Below, piece after piece: positions 29,430-39,709 of a stretch of DNA of 64,000 bases (positions are counted from its first letter, which is position 1; the number at the start of each line of letters is the position of its first letter). The stretch is taken from assembly GCA_964595645.1 (NCBI GenBank), contig CAZQQT010000006.1:64001-128000 (forward strand), given 5' to 3'. Made by a program: the position numbers and the translations under genes. The DNA comes from an uncultured Thermococci archaeon (lineage in GTDB: Archaea > Methanobacteriota_B > Thermococci > Methanofastidiosales > B48-G16). The notes beneath the pieces are model-generated. The model did no database searches and was not told the origin of the DNA. It saw only the letters and a list, made by a program, of their open reading frames with translations.

Positions 29430-29961
29430 CTTTATATAGTTATGGGTTATAAAGTGGGGTTATCGTCACAGCTGTTGAATTTTTTGGTATTTTCATCTGC
29501 CTATCTAGAGCATGCCAAAAGACTGATGACTTCTGGCACATGAGGTGTCAACTAATGGATGATGGCATACTCAAAGAACGGACTATGAACTATACGATGG
29601 AACGCGAGTGCAAACGAGGCGGATTTTGTTTTTGCAGACTGGAAGAACCAAATAGATCAGATAGGTATATCACGTCTATACGGGGGCCCGTTAGAGAAAA
29701 CAAGACTTACACAATTTTTTCCTCGGCATATAATTAGTTATTTCCTCAATGAGTTTTCCAATGAAAGAAATTTAATAATACACGGGAGGATTGAGCCTCT
29801 AATGAAAAAACCAGTTAGAAATACTTTATTAATTTTATTCGCTCTTTTAGATTTCATAAGGGAACTAAGTGAAAAAAATAACATAAGTCTTACTGTCATC
29901 GTATCGTCCTCAAACCAACTTCACCATAAAGCTCATTGCAACAAGTACCCTCTATGGATGC

Positions 29962-30225
29962 TCAATATCCTTTCCCCCGTGTGAACACGTCGATCACTTT
30001 CACCACGTCCTTCTCGATCGTGTAGATGATCCTGTACCTACCGACTCTCAACCGGTACTTTAGCGGATGGGTACTAGTGAGCTTCTTTAAGTCTGCCCTG
30101 GATCGAGCTCTATACGGATCCTCTTTGAGCTTCGTAAGCAAGGATCTGATCCGTTCCTGGAGAGAGTCCTCCAGTGAATGGAACTGTTTCCGAAACGTAG
30201 TCCAAACGAGTACTGTGTACGTCAT
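29962..30225 (-). CDS. relE: RelE/ParE-family toxin
   Basis: YRLRVGRYRIIY and a C-terminal R...Y. Confidence 0.85.
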   Translation of the reverse strand: MTYTVLVWTTFRKQFHSLEDSLQERIRSLLTKLKEDPYRARSRADLKKLTSTHPLKYRLRVGRYRIIYTIEKDVVKVIDVFTRGKGY

Positions 30226-30407
30226 AGCTTCTCAAGCGGGATAAACTCATCCTCTTCGAGGATCCTGTTCCATCGATCATCCAGTTTTTTCCAGCCTACT
30301 TCCTCTATCAGTGTACGGATAATTGTATCGTAGCTTTCCCCCTTGTTCCCGAGCTTTCGGAGCATTTCCTTTGTCTCTTGTGAGACTGCCACCGTCGTTT
30401 TTGACAT
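30222..30407 (-). CDS. Antitoxin (RHH-like)
   Basis: TTVAVSQETKEML..LG.KGESYDTII.., FIPLEKL; overlaps the relE start. Confidence 0.75.
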   Translation of the reverse strand: MSKTTVAVSQETKEMLRKLGNKGESYDTIIRTLIEEVGWKKLDDRWNRILEEDEFIPLEKL

Positions 30408-30548
30408 GAGCATCACCTATACTCATTATAACGATTATGATATTTATAAAGATTATGGCGATATACTCTCAGCTGACATAGTATTATTCAACTCATATTT
30501 CATGGATCGTCTCCATCCCGTGAGCCAGTATCAGCAACATTTTTAGGT

Positions 30549-31361
30549 ATGCAAAAGAAAAGTACTACTATGAAATACATAACGATTCGAGGTCAAAAAA
30601 TTCCTGCAATTGGATTAGGTACATGGCAGTTAAAAGGAAAAGAAGGGAAAATAGCCATAAAAACCGCACTGGATCTAGGATACCGACATATCGACACCGC
30701 ACAGATGTACAACAACGAAAGTGAAGTCGGTGAAGCAATAGCAGATCATGAAATTCCTCGCGACGAGATATTCGTGACAACGAAACTCGACAGGATGAAT
30801 TTGAGATATGATACTGTATCGAGCTCCTTTAAAGAAAGTTTGGAGAGACTCAGCATGGACTATGTAGACCTCTTGTTAATCCACTGGCCCAGTGAAACTG
30901 TCCCTCTTGAGGAAACACTGAATGCAATGAATGAACTTCGCAACGCAGGAAAGGTTGAACATATCGGTGTGAGTAACTTCTCTGTAGAGTTAATGAAAAA
31001 AGCGCAGAAGTATTCCGAAGCACCTATTTTCTGCAATCAGGTTGAGTACCACCCTTTTTACTCGCAGAAAGAAATTATCAGCTACTGCCAGAACAATGAG
31101 ATTGTGTGTACTGCCTATAGCCCTCTGGCAAAGGGAAGAGCAATAAATAACAAAACATTAACAGAGATAGGAAAAAAGTACGGGAAAACAGCTGCCCAGA
31201 TTACATTGAGGTGGCATATCCAACAGGAGAACGTGATACCGATCCCAAAAGCTTCCTCGAGGAGACATTTAAAGGAGAATATTGACATCTTCAATTTCAC
31301 GCTGAGCGAGAAAGATATGGGGAGGATTTTTCAACTGGAAAAAGGAATGAAACTGATATAA
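30549..31361 (+). CDS. Aldo/keto reductase
   Basis: IGLGTW, IDTAQMY, LLIHWP, IGVSNF, IPKAS. Confidence 0.92.
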   Translation: MQKKSTTMKYITIRGQKIPAIGLGTWQLKGKEGKIAIKTALDLGYRHIDTAQMYNNESEVGEAIADHEIPRDEIFVTTKLDRMNLRYDTVSSSFKESLERLSMDYVDLLLIHWPSETVPLEETLNAMNELRNAGKVEHIGVSNFSVELMKKAQKYSEAPIFCNQVEYHPFYSQKEIISYCQNNEIVCTAYSPLAKGRAINNKTLTEIGKKYGKTAAQITLRWHIQQENVIPIPKASSRRHLKENIDIFNFTLSEKDMGRIFQLEKGMKLI

Positions 31362-31366
31362 ATACA

Positions 31367-33856
31367 TTAAAGCTCCAGATCCACTTTTTTCAGTCTTGCA
31401 GAGTTAGTCACGACGTTCACGCTAGAGAACGCCATAGCAGCCTCAGCGATCAATGGGTGAAGTAATCCAGCAAAGGCCACAGGAATGGCAATCACATTGT
31501 ACGCAAATGCCCATATCAAATTTTGTCTGATCTTCCGGAATGTTGCATTGGAGAGTTTCACTGCTTTGACCACTGCCGAAAGATCCCCTTTCACTAACAC
31601 AATATCACCGCTTTCTATTGCAATATCGGTGCCAGTGCCGATTGCGATTCCCACATCCGCTTGTTCCAGTGCCGGTGCATCATTGATGCCGTCACCTACC
31701 ATTGCCACCAGCTCTCCTCCTTGCTGGAGTCTTCTGATCTCGTTCACTTTTTCATCAGGAAGCACCTCCGCGATGACACGGGAGATGCCCACTTCTCGTG
31801 CGATGGCGTCGGCAGTAGCCTTGTTATCACCGGTGAGCATTACAGGTTCAAGTCCCTCCTTCTTCAGGAACTGTATGGCCCGGGCCGAGTCTTCCTTCAC
31901 CTGATCCGCGATACCGATCAGACCCTTTACCTCGTTATCAACTGCAACAAACACAACTGTTTTTGCCTCCTGCTGAAGCCGCTCAAATTCATCTTCGTAT
32001 AAACGTTCCACACTGTTATCCTCTAGTAGCTCCGGCGTACCCACCAGTACCCGTTTTCCATTCACCAAGGCCTGCACGCCCCTTCCTGTCACGGACTCGA
32101 ATTTTTCTGTATCCTCAAGCGTGATGCCTTTCTTTTTTGCTTCGTGTACCACGGCTTCGGCCAGAGGGTGCTCCGAGTGGTTCTCGACGGAGGCGGCGTA
32201 TCGCAGCATCTCGTTGTCGCCTACAAGATCGGTGACACCGGGCTCGCCTTTCGTGATGGTCCCTGTTTTGTCCAGAACAATGGTGTTGACGTCTTTCATG
32301 AGCTGTATCGCCTCTCCCCGACGAATGAGCACGCCGTTCTCTGCACCCTTACCACTTCCTACCATGAGCGCGGTAGGGGTGGCAAGTCCAAGCGCACACG
32401 GACAGGCGATGACGAGTGTTGCCACCGCTGCGTAAATAGCCAGCGACAAGGCGCTAAGTTCCGACTGTACCCATGGAAGATAGGGCTGCGCCCACACAAC
32501 TATGGAATGGAATGTTTCGGGGAACACCATCCAGAGAATGAATGCTGTGGCTGCGATGGTAATAATTACCGGAACGAAGTACGCAGTAACCTTGTCGGCG
32601 TACGCCTGTATCGGTACCCTCGATCCCTGCGCCTCCTCTACCATACGTATCACCTGGGAGAGGAAAGTATCCTTCCCAACCTTTGTCGCCTTCACCCTCA
32701 GTGAGCCTTTTTTGTTAATAGTGGCACCGATTACCTCATCTCCTCCCTTTTTGGGAACGGGCATTGACTCACCGGTAGCAATGGACTCATCGACAGCACT
32801 TTCCCCATCGATCACAACGCCATCTGTAGGGATCTTCTCCCCGGGACGCACAATCATAATGTCGCCAACATCTATCTCATCGACGGGAACTTCCTTCTCC
32901 TCTCCATTGCGTATTATCCGTGCGGTCTTCGCCTCCAGTGTCATTAACTTTTTTATTGCCTGGGAGGCATGTCCTTTAGCCTTTGTCTCGATATATCTTC
33001 CAGTGAGATGGAATGCCATGATCATCCCTGCCACACCACCGTAGTTAAGGATATTCGGTGCGTAGCCAAACTGGTGAAGTACTGCAACAACGCCTGTAGA
33101 GAACGCGGAAAGTGTTCCGAGCATGATCAGCGCGTCCATGTTGGGCGAACGGTGAAGGAATGATCTCACCGCAGATCCATACGTCTCCCTCCCTGCGTAG
33201 AACAGAATAGGCATCGCAAGTACGACCATACCCGTGTTATATACAACCTCACCGCCAATCATAATGCCAAAGAACATTTCAGGGATCATCCATGCAATAA
33301 TTGGAATGGTCAATGCCCACGCCACATAGGCCTTCCGCTTCGATCGTTCCACCTTTTCAATATCTTTCTGTATTACGTCTTTTTCTTCTACCTGCTCTTT
33401 GAGCCATGACTCAGGGACATCATACCCTGTGGTTCTCACTGCCTCCACCATATCCCGCCTGTGTACCTTTCCCGGAATGTATCGGATTGTCGCCTTCTCA
33501 GTAGCTAAATTCACATTGGCCGATATTACACCATCGAGACGTTCCAACGCCTTTTCATTCGCTTGTGCACACGCAGCACAGGTCATCCCCTCAATGGGCA
33601 TATCGATTTTCTCTCCTTCTGCCACCGAGTATCCTGCAGCCTTCACCGCCTCTTCAATTTTATCCATTTTTACCGTATCTGGATCGTATGTGATGGATGC
33701 CTGGTCAGTGGCATAACTCACACGTGGAGACTCAATACCCTCCACACCTTTCAACGATTTCTCTATTGTTTTTGCACAGGTTTCACAGTGCATTCCTGTG
33801 ATAGGGACGATTTTCTTTTGTTTTTTCTTCCTTTTGTTCTTCTTTTCTTCAGTCAT
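31367..33856 (-). CDS. copA: Cu(I)-translocating P1B ATPase
   Basis: Two GMxCxxC HMA domains, [27 protein letters not shown] and MxxSS. Confidence 0.95.
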   Translation of the reverse strand: MTEEKKNKRKKKQKKIVPITGMHCETCAKTIEKSLKGVEGIESPRVSYATDQASITYDPDTVKMDKIEEAVKAAGYSVAEGEKIDMPIEGMTCAACAQANEKALERLDGVISANVNLATEKATIRYIPGKVHRRDMVEAVRTTGYDVPESWLKEQVEEKDVIQKDIEKVERSKRKAYVAWALTIPIIAWMIPEMFFGIMIGGEVVYNTGMVVLAMPILFYAGRETYGSAVRSFLHRSPNMDALIMLGTLSAFSTGVVAVLHQFGYAPNILNYGGVAGMIMAFHLTGRYIETKAKGHASQAIKKLMTLEAKTARIIRNGEEKEVPVDEIDVGDIMIVRPGEKIPTDGVVIDGESAVDESIATGESMPVPKKGGDEVIGATINKKGSLRVKATKVGKDTFLSQVIRMVEEAQGSRVPIQAYADKVTAYFVPVIITIAATAFILWMVFPETFHSIVVWAQPYLPWVQSELSALSLAIYAAVATLVIACPCALGLATPTALMVGSGKGAENGVLIRRGEAIQLMKDVNTIVLDKTGTITKGEPGVTDLVGDNEMLRYAASVENHSEHPLAEAVVHEAKKKGITLEDTEKFESVTGRGVQALVNGKRVLVGTPELLEDNSVERLYEDEFERLQQEAKTVVFVAVDNEVKGLIGIADQVKEDSARAIQFLKKEGLEPVMLTGDNKATADAIAREVGISRVIAEVLPDEKVNEIRRLQQGGELVAMVGDGINDAPALEQADVGIAIGTGTDIAIESGDIVLVKGDLSAVVKAVKLSNATFRKIRQNLIWAFAYNVIAIPVAFAGLLHPLIAEAAMAFSSVNVVTNSARLKKVDLEL

Positions 33857-33888
33857 TATTTTCAACTCCAAAAAAATAAAAAAAGAAA

Positions 33889-34047
33889 TTATTCGACACC
33901 GAGATATTCTCGTGGATCCTCCTCAAACATCTTCTTGCATCCAGGAGCACAGAAGTAGTACGTTTTTCCATTGTACGTACTTGTATACTCCGCTTTCTCG
34001 GGGTCGACGTCCATGCCGCATACAGGATCTTTTGCCGTATTGATCAC
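33889..34047 (-). CDS. YHS/TRASH-domain metallochaperone (absent from the ORF track)
   Basis: [32 protein letters not shown]; directly upstream of copA; start ambiguous (GTG 34047 or ACG 34038). Confidence 0.85.
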   Translation of the reverse strand: MINTAKDPVCGMDVDPEKAEYTSTYNGKTYYFCAPGCKKMFEEDPREYLGVE

Positions 34048-34164
34048 CTAGTTTCTTTTCTACAAAATATAACGGTGTTATACTTTAAAAAGGTTTCTGA
34101 AAAAAATTTAATACTGAAGAAATAAAGAGTACAAGTAAACCTTATTAACTCGGAACCACACTGT

Positions 34165-34569
34165 ATGAATATGGTGAGGAAGAATCCCATAGAGGATGCA
34201 CATCTTCTCTATATCGCCTTCATAATTGTTGTAATGATCACCGCAACAGTTCTCATCGTTGAAGGTGTGTTTACCCAGGGGGAGGCTAGTAATCTTCACA
34301 CTGAAGAAACATTATCAAACTTAAAGGTGGAGATTCTCTCTTCAAACAATTTGGAAATAAGCCTTAAAATAACAAACAAAAGCTTTTCAACAATTAAAAA
34401 GTCTCAAATACACTTTTACTGGGAAAAAAAAGAAATTCAACCTTTAATACATCCCGAATCTCCACTAAAAAAGGGGGAATTCTGGATAGTGAAAATAAAA
34501 GAGTATAAAAAAGGTGAACTACGAGTATTCAATAACAATAAACTCATCTACAGCCACCAATTTCCATGA
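34165..34569 (+). CDS. Hypothetical protein with N-terminal TM helix
   Basis: One hydrophobic segment followed by a beta-rich region. Confidence 0.6.
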   Translation: MNMVRKNPIEDAHLLYIAFIIVVMITATVLIVEGVFTQGEASNLHTEETLSNLKVEILSSNNLEISLKITNKSFSTIKKSQIHFYWEKKEIQPLIHPESPLKKGEFWIVKIKEYKKGELRVFNNNKLIYSHQFP

Positions 34570-34620
34570 TGAAATCGGCTCGCTGATACCATGATGAAGA
34601 TTTTGAGTCGCTGAGAATGG
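34562..34620 (+). ncRNA. Box C/D guide sRNA
   Basis: ATGATGA(34566)-10 nt-CTGA(34583)-TACC-ATGATGA(34591)-13 nt-CTGA(34611): four consensus boxes with canonical archaeal spacing. Confidence 0.85.
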
Positions 34621-34638
34621 CTGTTCACAACCAACGCG

Positions 34639-35106
34639 TTAAAACGTTCGTTTTACTCTCTCTTTTATTATTTCTTTGAGATGTTGTTTATACGTATCGG
34701 AGATATCCAGTGATGTGAGCTCTCTGAACGCAATCTTTCCAATCTTTATTTTAAATGCTGTCTCTCCCGTGATTCTGTCGGTGATTTTTCTCACAGCATA
34801 CGCAATAAGTCCAACAATGGGACCGCCATGGAGTCCTGCTAAACTGATTTCTTTGAGATCGAATGCTTTCCTATCGAGTTCTATCCACTTCTTCCCTTCC
34901 TTTTCTTCCCGCATCTTCTCAATCACAGCAACATATAAGAGCCTTGACGTGAAGATCTGTTCCGGTGTATCACTCCTCAGAAGGTCCTCTGCACGACGCA
35001 ACACCTTTCTTGTGTCCTCATGCTCGGCATATGCCATGGCCTTTTCTATTTTGTAGGAGATGTCCTCCCTCATATCGTCAAGATAAGCCTCACTAAACTC
35101 TGCCAT
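34639..35106 (-). CDS. Hypothetical protein
   Basis: 155-aa ORF with host-like composition. Confidence 0.6.
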   Translation of the reverse strand: MAEFSEAYLDDMREDISYKIEKAMAYAEHEDTRKVLRRAEDLLRSDTPEQIFTSRLLYVAVIEKMREEKEGKKWIELDRKAFDLKEISLAGLHGGPIVGLIAYAVRKITDRITGETAFKIKIGKIAFRELTSLDISDTYKQHLKEIIKERVKRTF

Positions 35107-35271
35107 TGTATACTATATTTGTATGCAAGAATAAAAAATTTTTGCATGCTTTTCTGTTTCATGATCTTTATATAATTTAATCGCGACAATGAAAAGAGAT
35201 GCGAGAGATAACAATTTACCATCCTGATAAGAAAGAGAACATAGAACCCTTTCCTTTTTATATGCTAGTCG

Positions 35272-36294
35272 ATGAATCATATTATGACGCAGAAAGTAAT
35301 AAAAACAGCGCACGGGAAGATAGAAACTCCGGCACTTCTTCCTGTCTCCGCCGCCTCCTATGGCATATGGGACATCTGGATCGATGAAAAAAAATTTCCG
35401 GCGCCGTGGGAACTGGCCCAAGGGACGATTCTCAGTCTCTATCATATTCTTCGATATAAAAGAAAAGAAAAAATCCGTAAAAAAGGTATACACAACGTGT
35501 TAAATACAAAAAAACCCGTTGTGATAGACTCTGGCGGATTCCAATACATGAAAAAGAACGCAGAGCTCGAACAGGAGTTTGTACTGAAATATCAGGAGGA
35601 AGCCGGCTGTGATATCGGTATTACATTTGATTACCCTCTTGGTACAGGATTATCGTTAGAAGAAAAGAAAAAACGGATAAGAAAGAGTATAGAAAACTCA
35701 CGCCGGGCATTGCAGCTAAAAAGTAAGAAAGATATGATGCTCTACTCAGCGGTTCACGGGCACGATCCAACTGATATAAGAGAGTATCTAAACACACTGG
35801 GGAACGGATTTGACGGATACGCCGTGGGTTCGCTCGTTCCGAAAAAGAGAAACTATGAAACGCTGGTGGAAGTAATTGCAGCGGCACAAACGAAAAAACC
35901 ACTTCATGTGTTTGGAATTACAGGATTTCCAGCACTCTTTGCACTGAGTTGTATTGGTGTGGAATCCTTCGATTCGTGGACCTATGTGGTAGCAGCAGCC
36001 TTTAAAGAGTATATTCATCCAGAAACATTGAAACGGGTGAAACTCAGAGAGGTAACCAACCTTCCCGAATGTGACTGTTTTATTTGTGAGGAATACACCC
36101 TGGATGACTTTCTAGAGAGTTCAAGTGAGGCTGAAATTCTCATTGCGCTGCATAACCTCAATATCTTTCTTCGAGAGATGAAAATGATACGGGAAAAAAT
36201 AGGTGAGAACGAGCTTGAATCGTACATCGCAAAAAAAGGAGAAAAAAACAGATCGGTGAAGAGAGCATTCACGATAGCAAAAAAATATATATAA
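35272..36294 (+). CDS. tRNA-guanine transglycosylase family protein (catalytic barrel only)
   Basis: IETPALLPV, DSGGFQ, HVFG, SFDS, and Zn site CDCFIC..HNL. Confidence 0.85.
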   Translation: MNHIMTQKVIKTAHGKIETPALLPVSAASYGIWDIWIDEKKFPAPWELAQGTILSLYHILRYKRKEKIRKKGIHNVLNTKKPVVIDSGGFQYMKKNAELEQEFVLKYQEEAGCDIGITFDYPLGTGLSLEEKKKRIRKSIENSRRALQLKSKKDMMLYSAVHGHDPTDIREYLNTLGNGFDGYAVGSLVPKKRNYETLVEVIAAAQTKKPLHVFGITGFPALFALSCIGVESFDSWTYVVAAAFKEYIHPETLKRVKLREVTNLPECDCFICEEYTLDDFLESSSEAEILIALHNLNIFLREMKMIREKIGENELESYIAKKGEKNRSVKRAFTIAKKYI

Positions 36295-36313
36295 TACACA
36301 CAATGTATGTAGT

Positions 36314-36976
36314 ATGATCACGCTGATCTCGGACATCCACGGGAATCTAGAAGCCCTTGAAGAAATTCTGCATCGTGCGAGAGGAGAGATCTTCTGTTGC
36401 GGCGACTTTGTGGGATACGGTCCAAATCCTAACGAGGTAATAGAACTGTGCAGAGAAAAGGGAGTGAAAGGTGTTCTAGGAAATCATGATCACGCAGTCC
36501 TCCACGAGCCACGGGGCTTTAATATCTATGCAGAAAAGGCAATACGGTGGACAACATCCGTGTTGACCGAAGAAAATATGCAGTTTCTGAAGGATTTGAG
36601 TTTTAATATTGTTACAGAAAGAAAAAATAAAACAATTTCAATCTATCACGGTTCACCTAGGAGTATTACTCGGTATATCTATGCAAACTATCCTGATTCT
36701 TACTTCACACCATTCCTGAAAGAGACCGATGTCATGGTGCTGGGACACACCCATGTTCCCATGGAAAAACGAATAGATAAAAAACTGGTGCTGAATCCTG
36801 GGGCTGTAGGTCAACCGAGAGACAATGATCCCAGGGCGAGTATGTTCCTCTTTGATCCGGCAAAAATGACATGTCAAAAAAAGCGTATAGTTTACAATAT
36901 CGATGCGGTGAAGAAAAAAATAATAAAAAACAAACTGCCAGACTTTCTATGGAAAAGACTTTATTCCGGAATTTAA
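36314..36976 (+). CDS. Calcineurin-like metallophosphoesterase
   Basis: SDIHGN, GDFVGYG, GNHD, HGSP, GHTH, NPGAVGQPRD. Confidence 0.92.
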   Translation: MITLISDIHGNLEALEEILHRARGEIFCCGDFVGYGPNPNEVIELCREKGVKGVLGNHDHAVLHEPRGFNIYAEKAIRWTTSVLTEENMQFLKDLSFNIVTERKNKTISIYHGSPRSITRYIYANYPDSYFTPFLKETDVMVLGHTHVPMEKRIDKKLVLNPGAVGQPRDNDPRASMFLFDPAKMTCQKKRIVYNIDAVKKKIIKNKLPDFLWKRLYSGI

Positions 36977-37024
36977 GTAGTTATTCCAGCTTTTACCATC
37001 TTTTTCTCTTCCAATTTAGTCTTG

Positions 37025-37288
37025 TTAGTCTTCTTTTGCCTCTTCTCCCTTAGTGAGTGTAATCTCACAAGTACTGACAGCTCTATCCTCGATGGTCTCC
37101 GTTCCTATCTCAATGTTCTCGAGTTTCGCTTCCTGATAGAACCGATTCCGTGTTATCTCTGCAACATCTACTGCTTTCGATATATTTCTTCCTCTCGCCT
37201 TAATGACTACTTTGTCGTCGTTATTAAACCCTGTCACTACAGCCAATACATAAGCCATAGCACCCTTTTTACCTATCAATACATCCAT
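37025..37288 (-). CDS. albA: Chromatin protein Alba
   Basis: [26 protein letters not shown]. Confidence 0.93.
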   Translation of the reverse strand: MDVLIGKKGAMAYVLAVVTGFNNDDKVVIKARGRNISKAVDVAEITRNRFYQEAKLENIEIGTETIEDRAVSTCEITLTKGEEAKED

Positions 37289-37617
37289 TCTTGTCACCTC
37301 TTTGTTCAGTCTTTGAATCGTCTCTCAATTTTTGTGGGAGGAGTATATAAAACTTTCGGAAATAATGAATTAGAAATATATGAAGCGCTAAGAGAACAGG
37401 AAAATATTTGTTGTGGGATGTAATCTGTTGTTTAATGTTTGTTTTAGACATGTATTCATTTTTCTTTCTATTTTATGATCATATGCGTTTCGAAGGAAAG
37501 CATAGAGCCTTTTTGCCAACTAGCCGATCACGTAAAATTGTGTCTTTTCCACTCTTATAGTTCATCAAAACGAAAACTACTTAAAACTCAAAGAATATGC
37601 TGTAAAGAGGTAATTCT

Positions 37618-37953
37618 ATGGTATTGGAGAGAACGAGTTTGGGATTAAAAGAAAATGTTGAAGGGGCACTTTGCTATGTGCTCGGATGGATAACAGGAAT
37701 CGCATTTTTAATGTTAGAGGAGGAAAATAGATTTGTTCGGTTCCACGCAATGCAGTCGATTGTCACGTTTTTACCCTTGACAGTGATTACCGTGATCCTC
37801 AGTTGGATACCATTTATTGGATGGGTTATCGGACAACTGATACGAATACTCGCTCTCATACTTTGGTTGGTACTAATACTCAAAGCATATCAGGGAAAAA
37901 TGTATAAGCTACCAATCGCAGGTGATTTTGCAGAAGAGAACTTGTATAAATAG
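37618..37953 (+). CDS. DUF4870-like membrane protein
   Basis: LGL.ENV.GALCY.LGWITG, FVRFHAMQS, YKLP..G. Confidence 0.8.
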   Translation: MVLERTSLGLKENVEGALCYVLGWITGIAFLMLEEENRFVRFHAMQSIVTFLPLTVITVILSWIPFIGWVIGQLIRILALILWLVLILKAYQGKMYKLPIAGDFAEENLYK

Positions 37954-38070
37954 AAATAACCCTAAAGACAAATAACAATGTTTTTACTAATTTTTAAAAA
38001 ATTCCATTTCAAGCTCTGTACCACAGTCTCAAAGAACAACTTTTAAAACCTAGAAACAAAGAGAAATAGT

Positions 38071-39213
38071 ATGCAGTACCGAACATTTGGTAACCTTGAC
38101 TGGAAGCCTTCGGCGCTGGGATTTGGCGCCATGCGGCTGCCATATGAAGGAGATGACAGAGGACAGATCGATGAGGATAAAGCTACTGAGATGATACGAT
38201 ACGCCATCGACCACGGTGTGAACTACGTCGATACCGCATATCCATACCATGAAGGAAAAAGCGAGCCGTTTGTCGGCACCGTGTTGCAGGATGGCTACAG
38301 AGAAAAAATACGTCTCGCTACCAAACTACCTACATGGAAAATCGAAAGGCCCGATGATTTTGATACGTATCTCAATGAACAGCTCGAAAGATTGCAGACC
38401 TCATATATCGATTTTTATCTACTCCATGCACTGAATAAAAAGCGATGGGAGAAAATGCAGAAACACGATGTGCTGAAGAAGGCTGAAGAGGCACTTGCTG
38501 ATGGAAGAATCAATCATCTTGGATTTTCATTTCATGATGAATATCAAGTATTCAAAAAAATTGTCGACGCCTACGATTGGACCTTCTGTCAGATCCAGTA
38601 CAACTACATGGATGAAGAGTACCAAGCAGGAACAAAGGGACTACAGTACGCAGCAGAAAAAGGACTTGCAGTAGTAGTTATGGAACCAATACGTGGTGGC
38701 CAACTCGCCCGAAATCCGCCACAGGTCGTGAAAGATCTCTGGAATACCGCCGACAAAGAACGTGATCCTGCTGAATGGGCCCTTCAGTGGGTGTGGAATC
38801 ATCCGGAAGTTTCTGTAGTGCTCAGCGGTATGAGCACCATGGAACAAGTGAAAGAGAACGTGATGAGTGCCGAACGCTCAGGTCCCAATACATTAACAAA
38901 AGATGAGCTGGATCTTATTGCAAAGGTACGCGACAAATACCAAGAACTCTGTCCCATTCCCTGTACAAAATGTGAATACTGTATGCCCTGCCCAAATGAC
39001 GTGAACATCCCCCGTATCCTCGAAATCTACAATGAAGCAAACATGTACAATGACCTGGAAGGTGCACAACGATCATACAAGTTTCTGAATGAAGAAAAAC
39101 GAGCAGACAACTGCGTTGAATGTGGAGAATGTGAAGAGAAGTGTCCTCAATCCATAAAGATACGGGAATGGCTCGCCAAGGCACACGAGCTTCTTAGTGT
39201 CTCCAAAGGTTGA
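38071..39213 (+). CDS. Aldo/keto reductase with C-terminal 4Fe-4S domain
   Basis: LGFGAMRLP, DTAYPY, CxxCxYCxPCP and CxxCxxCxxxCP. Confidence 0.9.
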   Translation: MQYRTFGNLDWKPSALGFGAMRLPYEGDDRGQIDEDKATEMIRYAIDHGVNYVDTAYPYHEGKSEPFVGTVLQDGYREKIRLATKLPTWKIERPDDFDTYLNEQLERLQTSYIDFYLLHALNKKRWEKMQKHDVLKKAEEALADGRINHLGFSFHDEYQVFKKIVDAYDWTFCQIQYNYMDEEYQAGTKGLQYAAEKGLAVVVMEPIRGGQLARNPPQVVKDLWNTADKERDPAEWALQWVWNHPEVSVVLSGMSTMEQVKENVMSAERSGPNTLTKDELDLIAKVRDKYQELCPIPCTKCEYCMPCPNDVNIPRILEIYNEANMYNDLEGAQRSYKFLNEEKRADNCVECGECEEKCPQSIKIREWLAKAHELLSVSKG

Positions 39214-39228
39214 AACAAAAGATTTCAT

Positions 39229-39693
39229 ATGAATAATCTGAAGAATGTCAGAGACACTGTAATAGAGAATGGCTTCCCTGAGCTGATGGACGAAGATATT
39301 CGCATAGAATATAGCTCGTTAGAGGATGCTCTTCTTGTATATGGTGAACTCACCGAAGAAGGATTCTATATTGAGGTTGATACCTCACTTAACGACGCAC
39401 CGAAGGAAGTAATAGAAGGAGGTATCGCCCACGAACTCTCTCATATTCTCATTGAAAAATTACAGAAAGAAAAAGGCATATTAGATAGAATAGCCTATAG
39501 GATCTCCCCACAGTACAGAATATTGGACGAACGAAATACAGACTTACTGGTGGTTCTGCGAGGGTATGGTTCTCACCTGTTATCTTTCTTAAAGTACAGC
39601 GAAGAGAGGGGATACCAGCACTACAAAGAAGATGGACTTTCTATCAGGGAAATAAAACAAATTATGTCTTTGAAGAACAGAAAAAAGAAATAA
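39229..39693 (+). CDS. Putative zincin-like protein
   Basis: IAHELSH (HExxH) and a downstream E..TD motif. Confidence 0.55.
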   Translation: MNNLKNVRDTVIENGFPELMDEDIRIEYSSLEDALLVYGELTEEGFYIEVDTSLNDAPKEVIEGGIAHELSHILIEKLQKEKGILDRIAYRISPQYRILDERNTDLLVVLRGYGSHLLSFLKYSEERGYQHYKEDGLSIREIKQIMSLKNRKKK

Positions 39694-39709
39694 TGCACCG
39701 TCTCTATAT

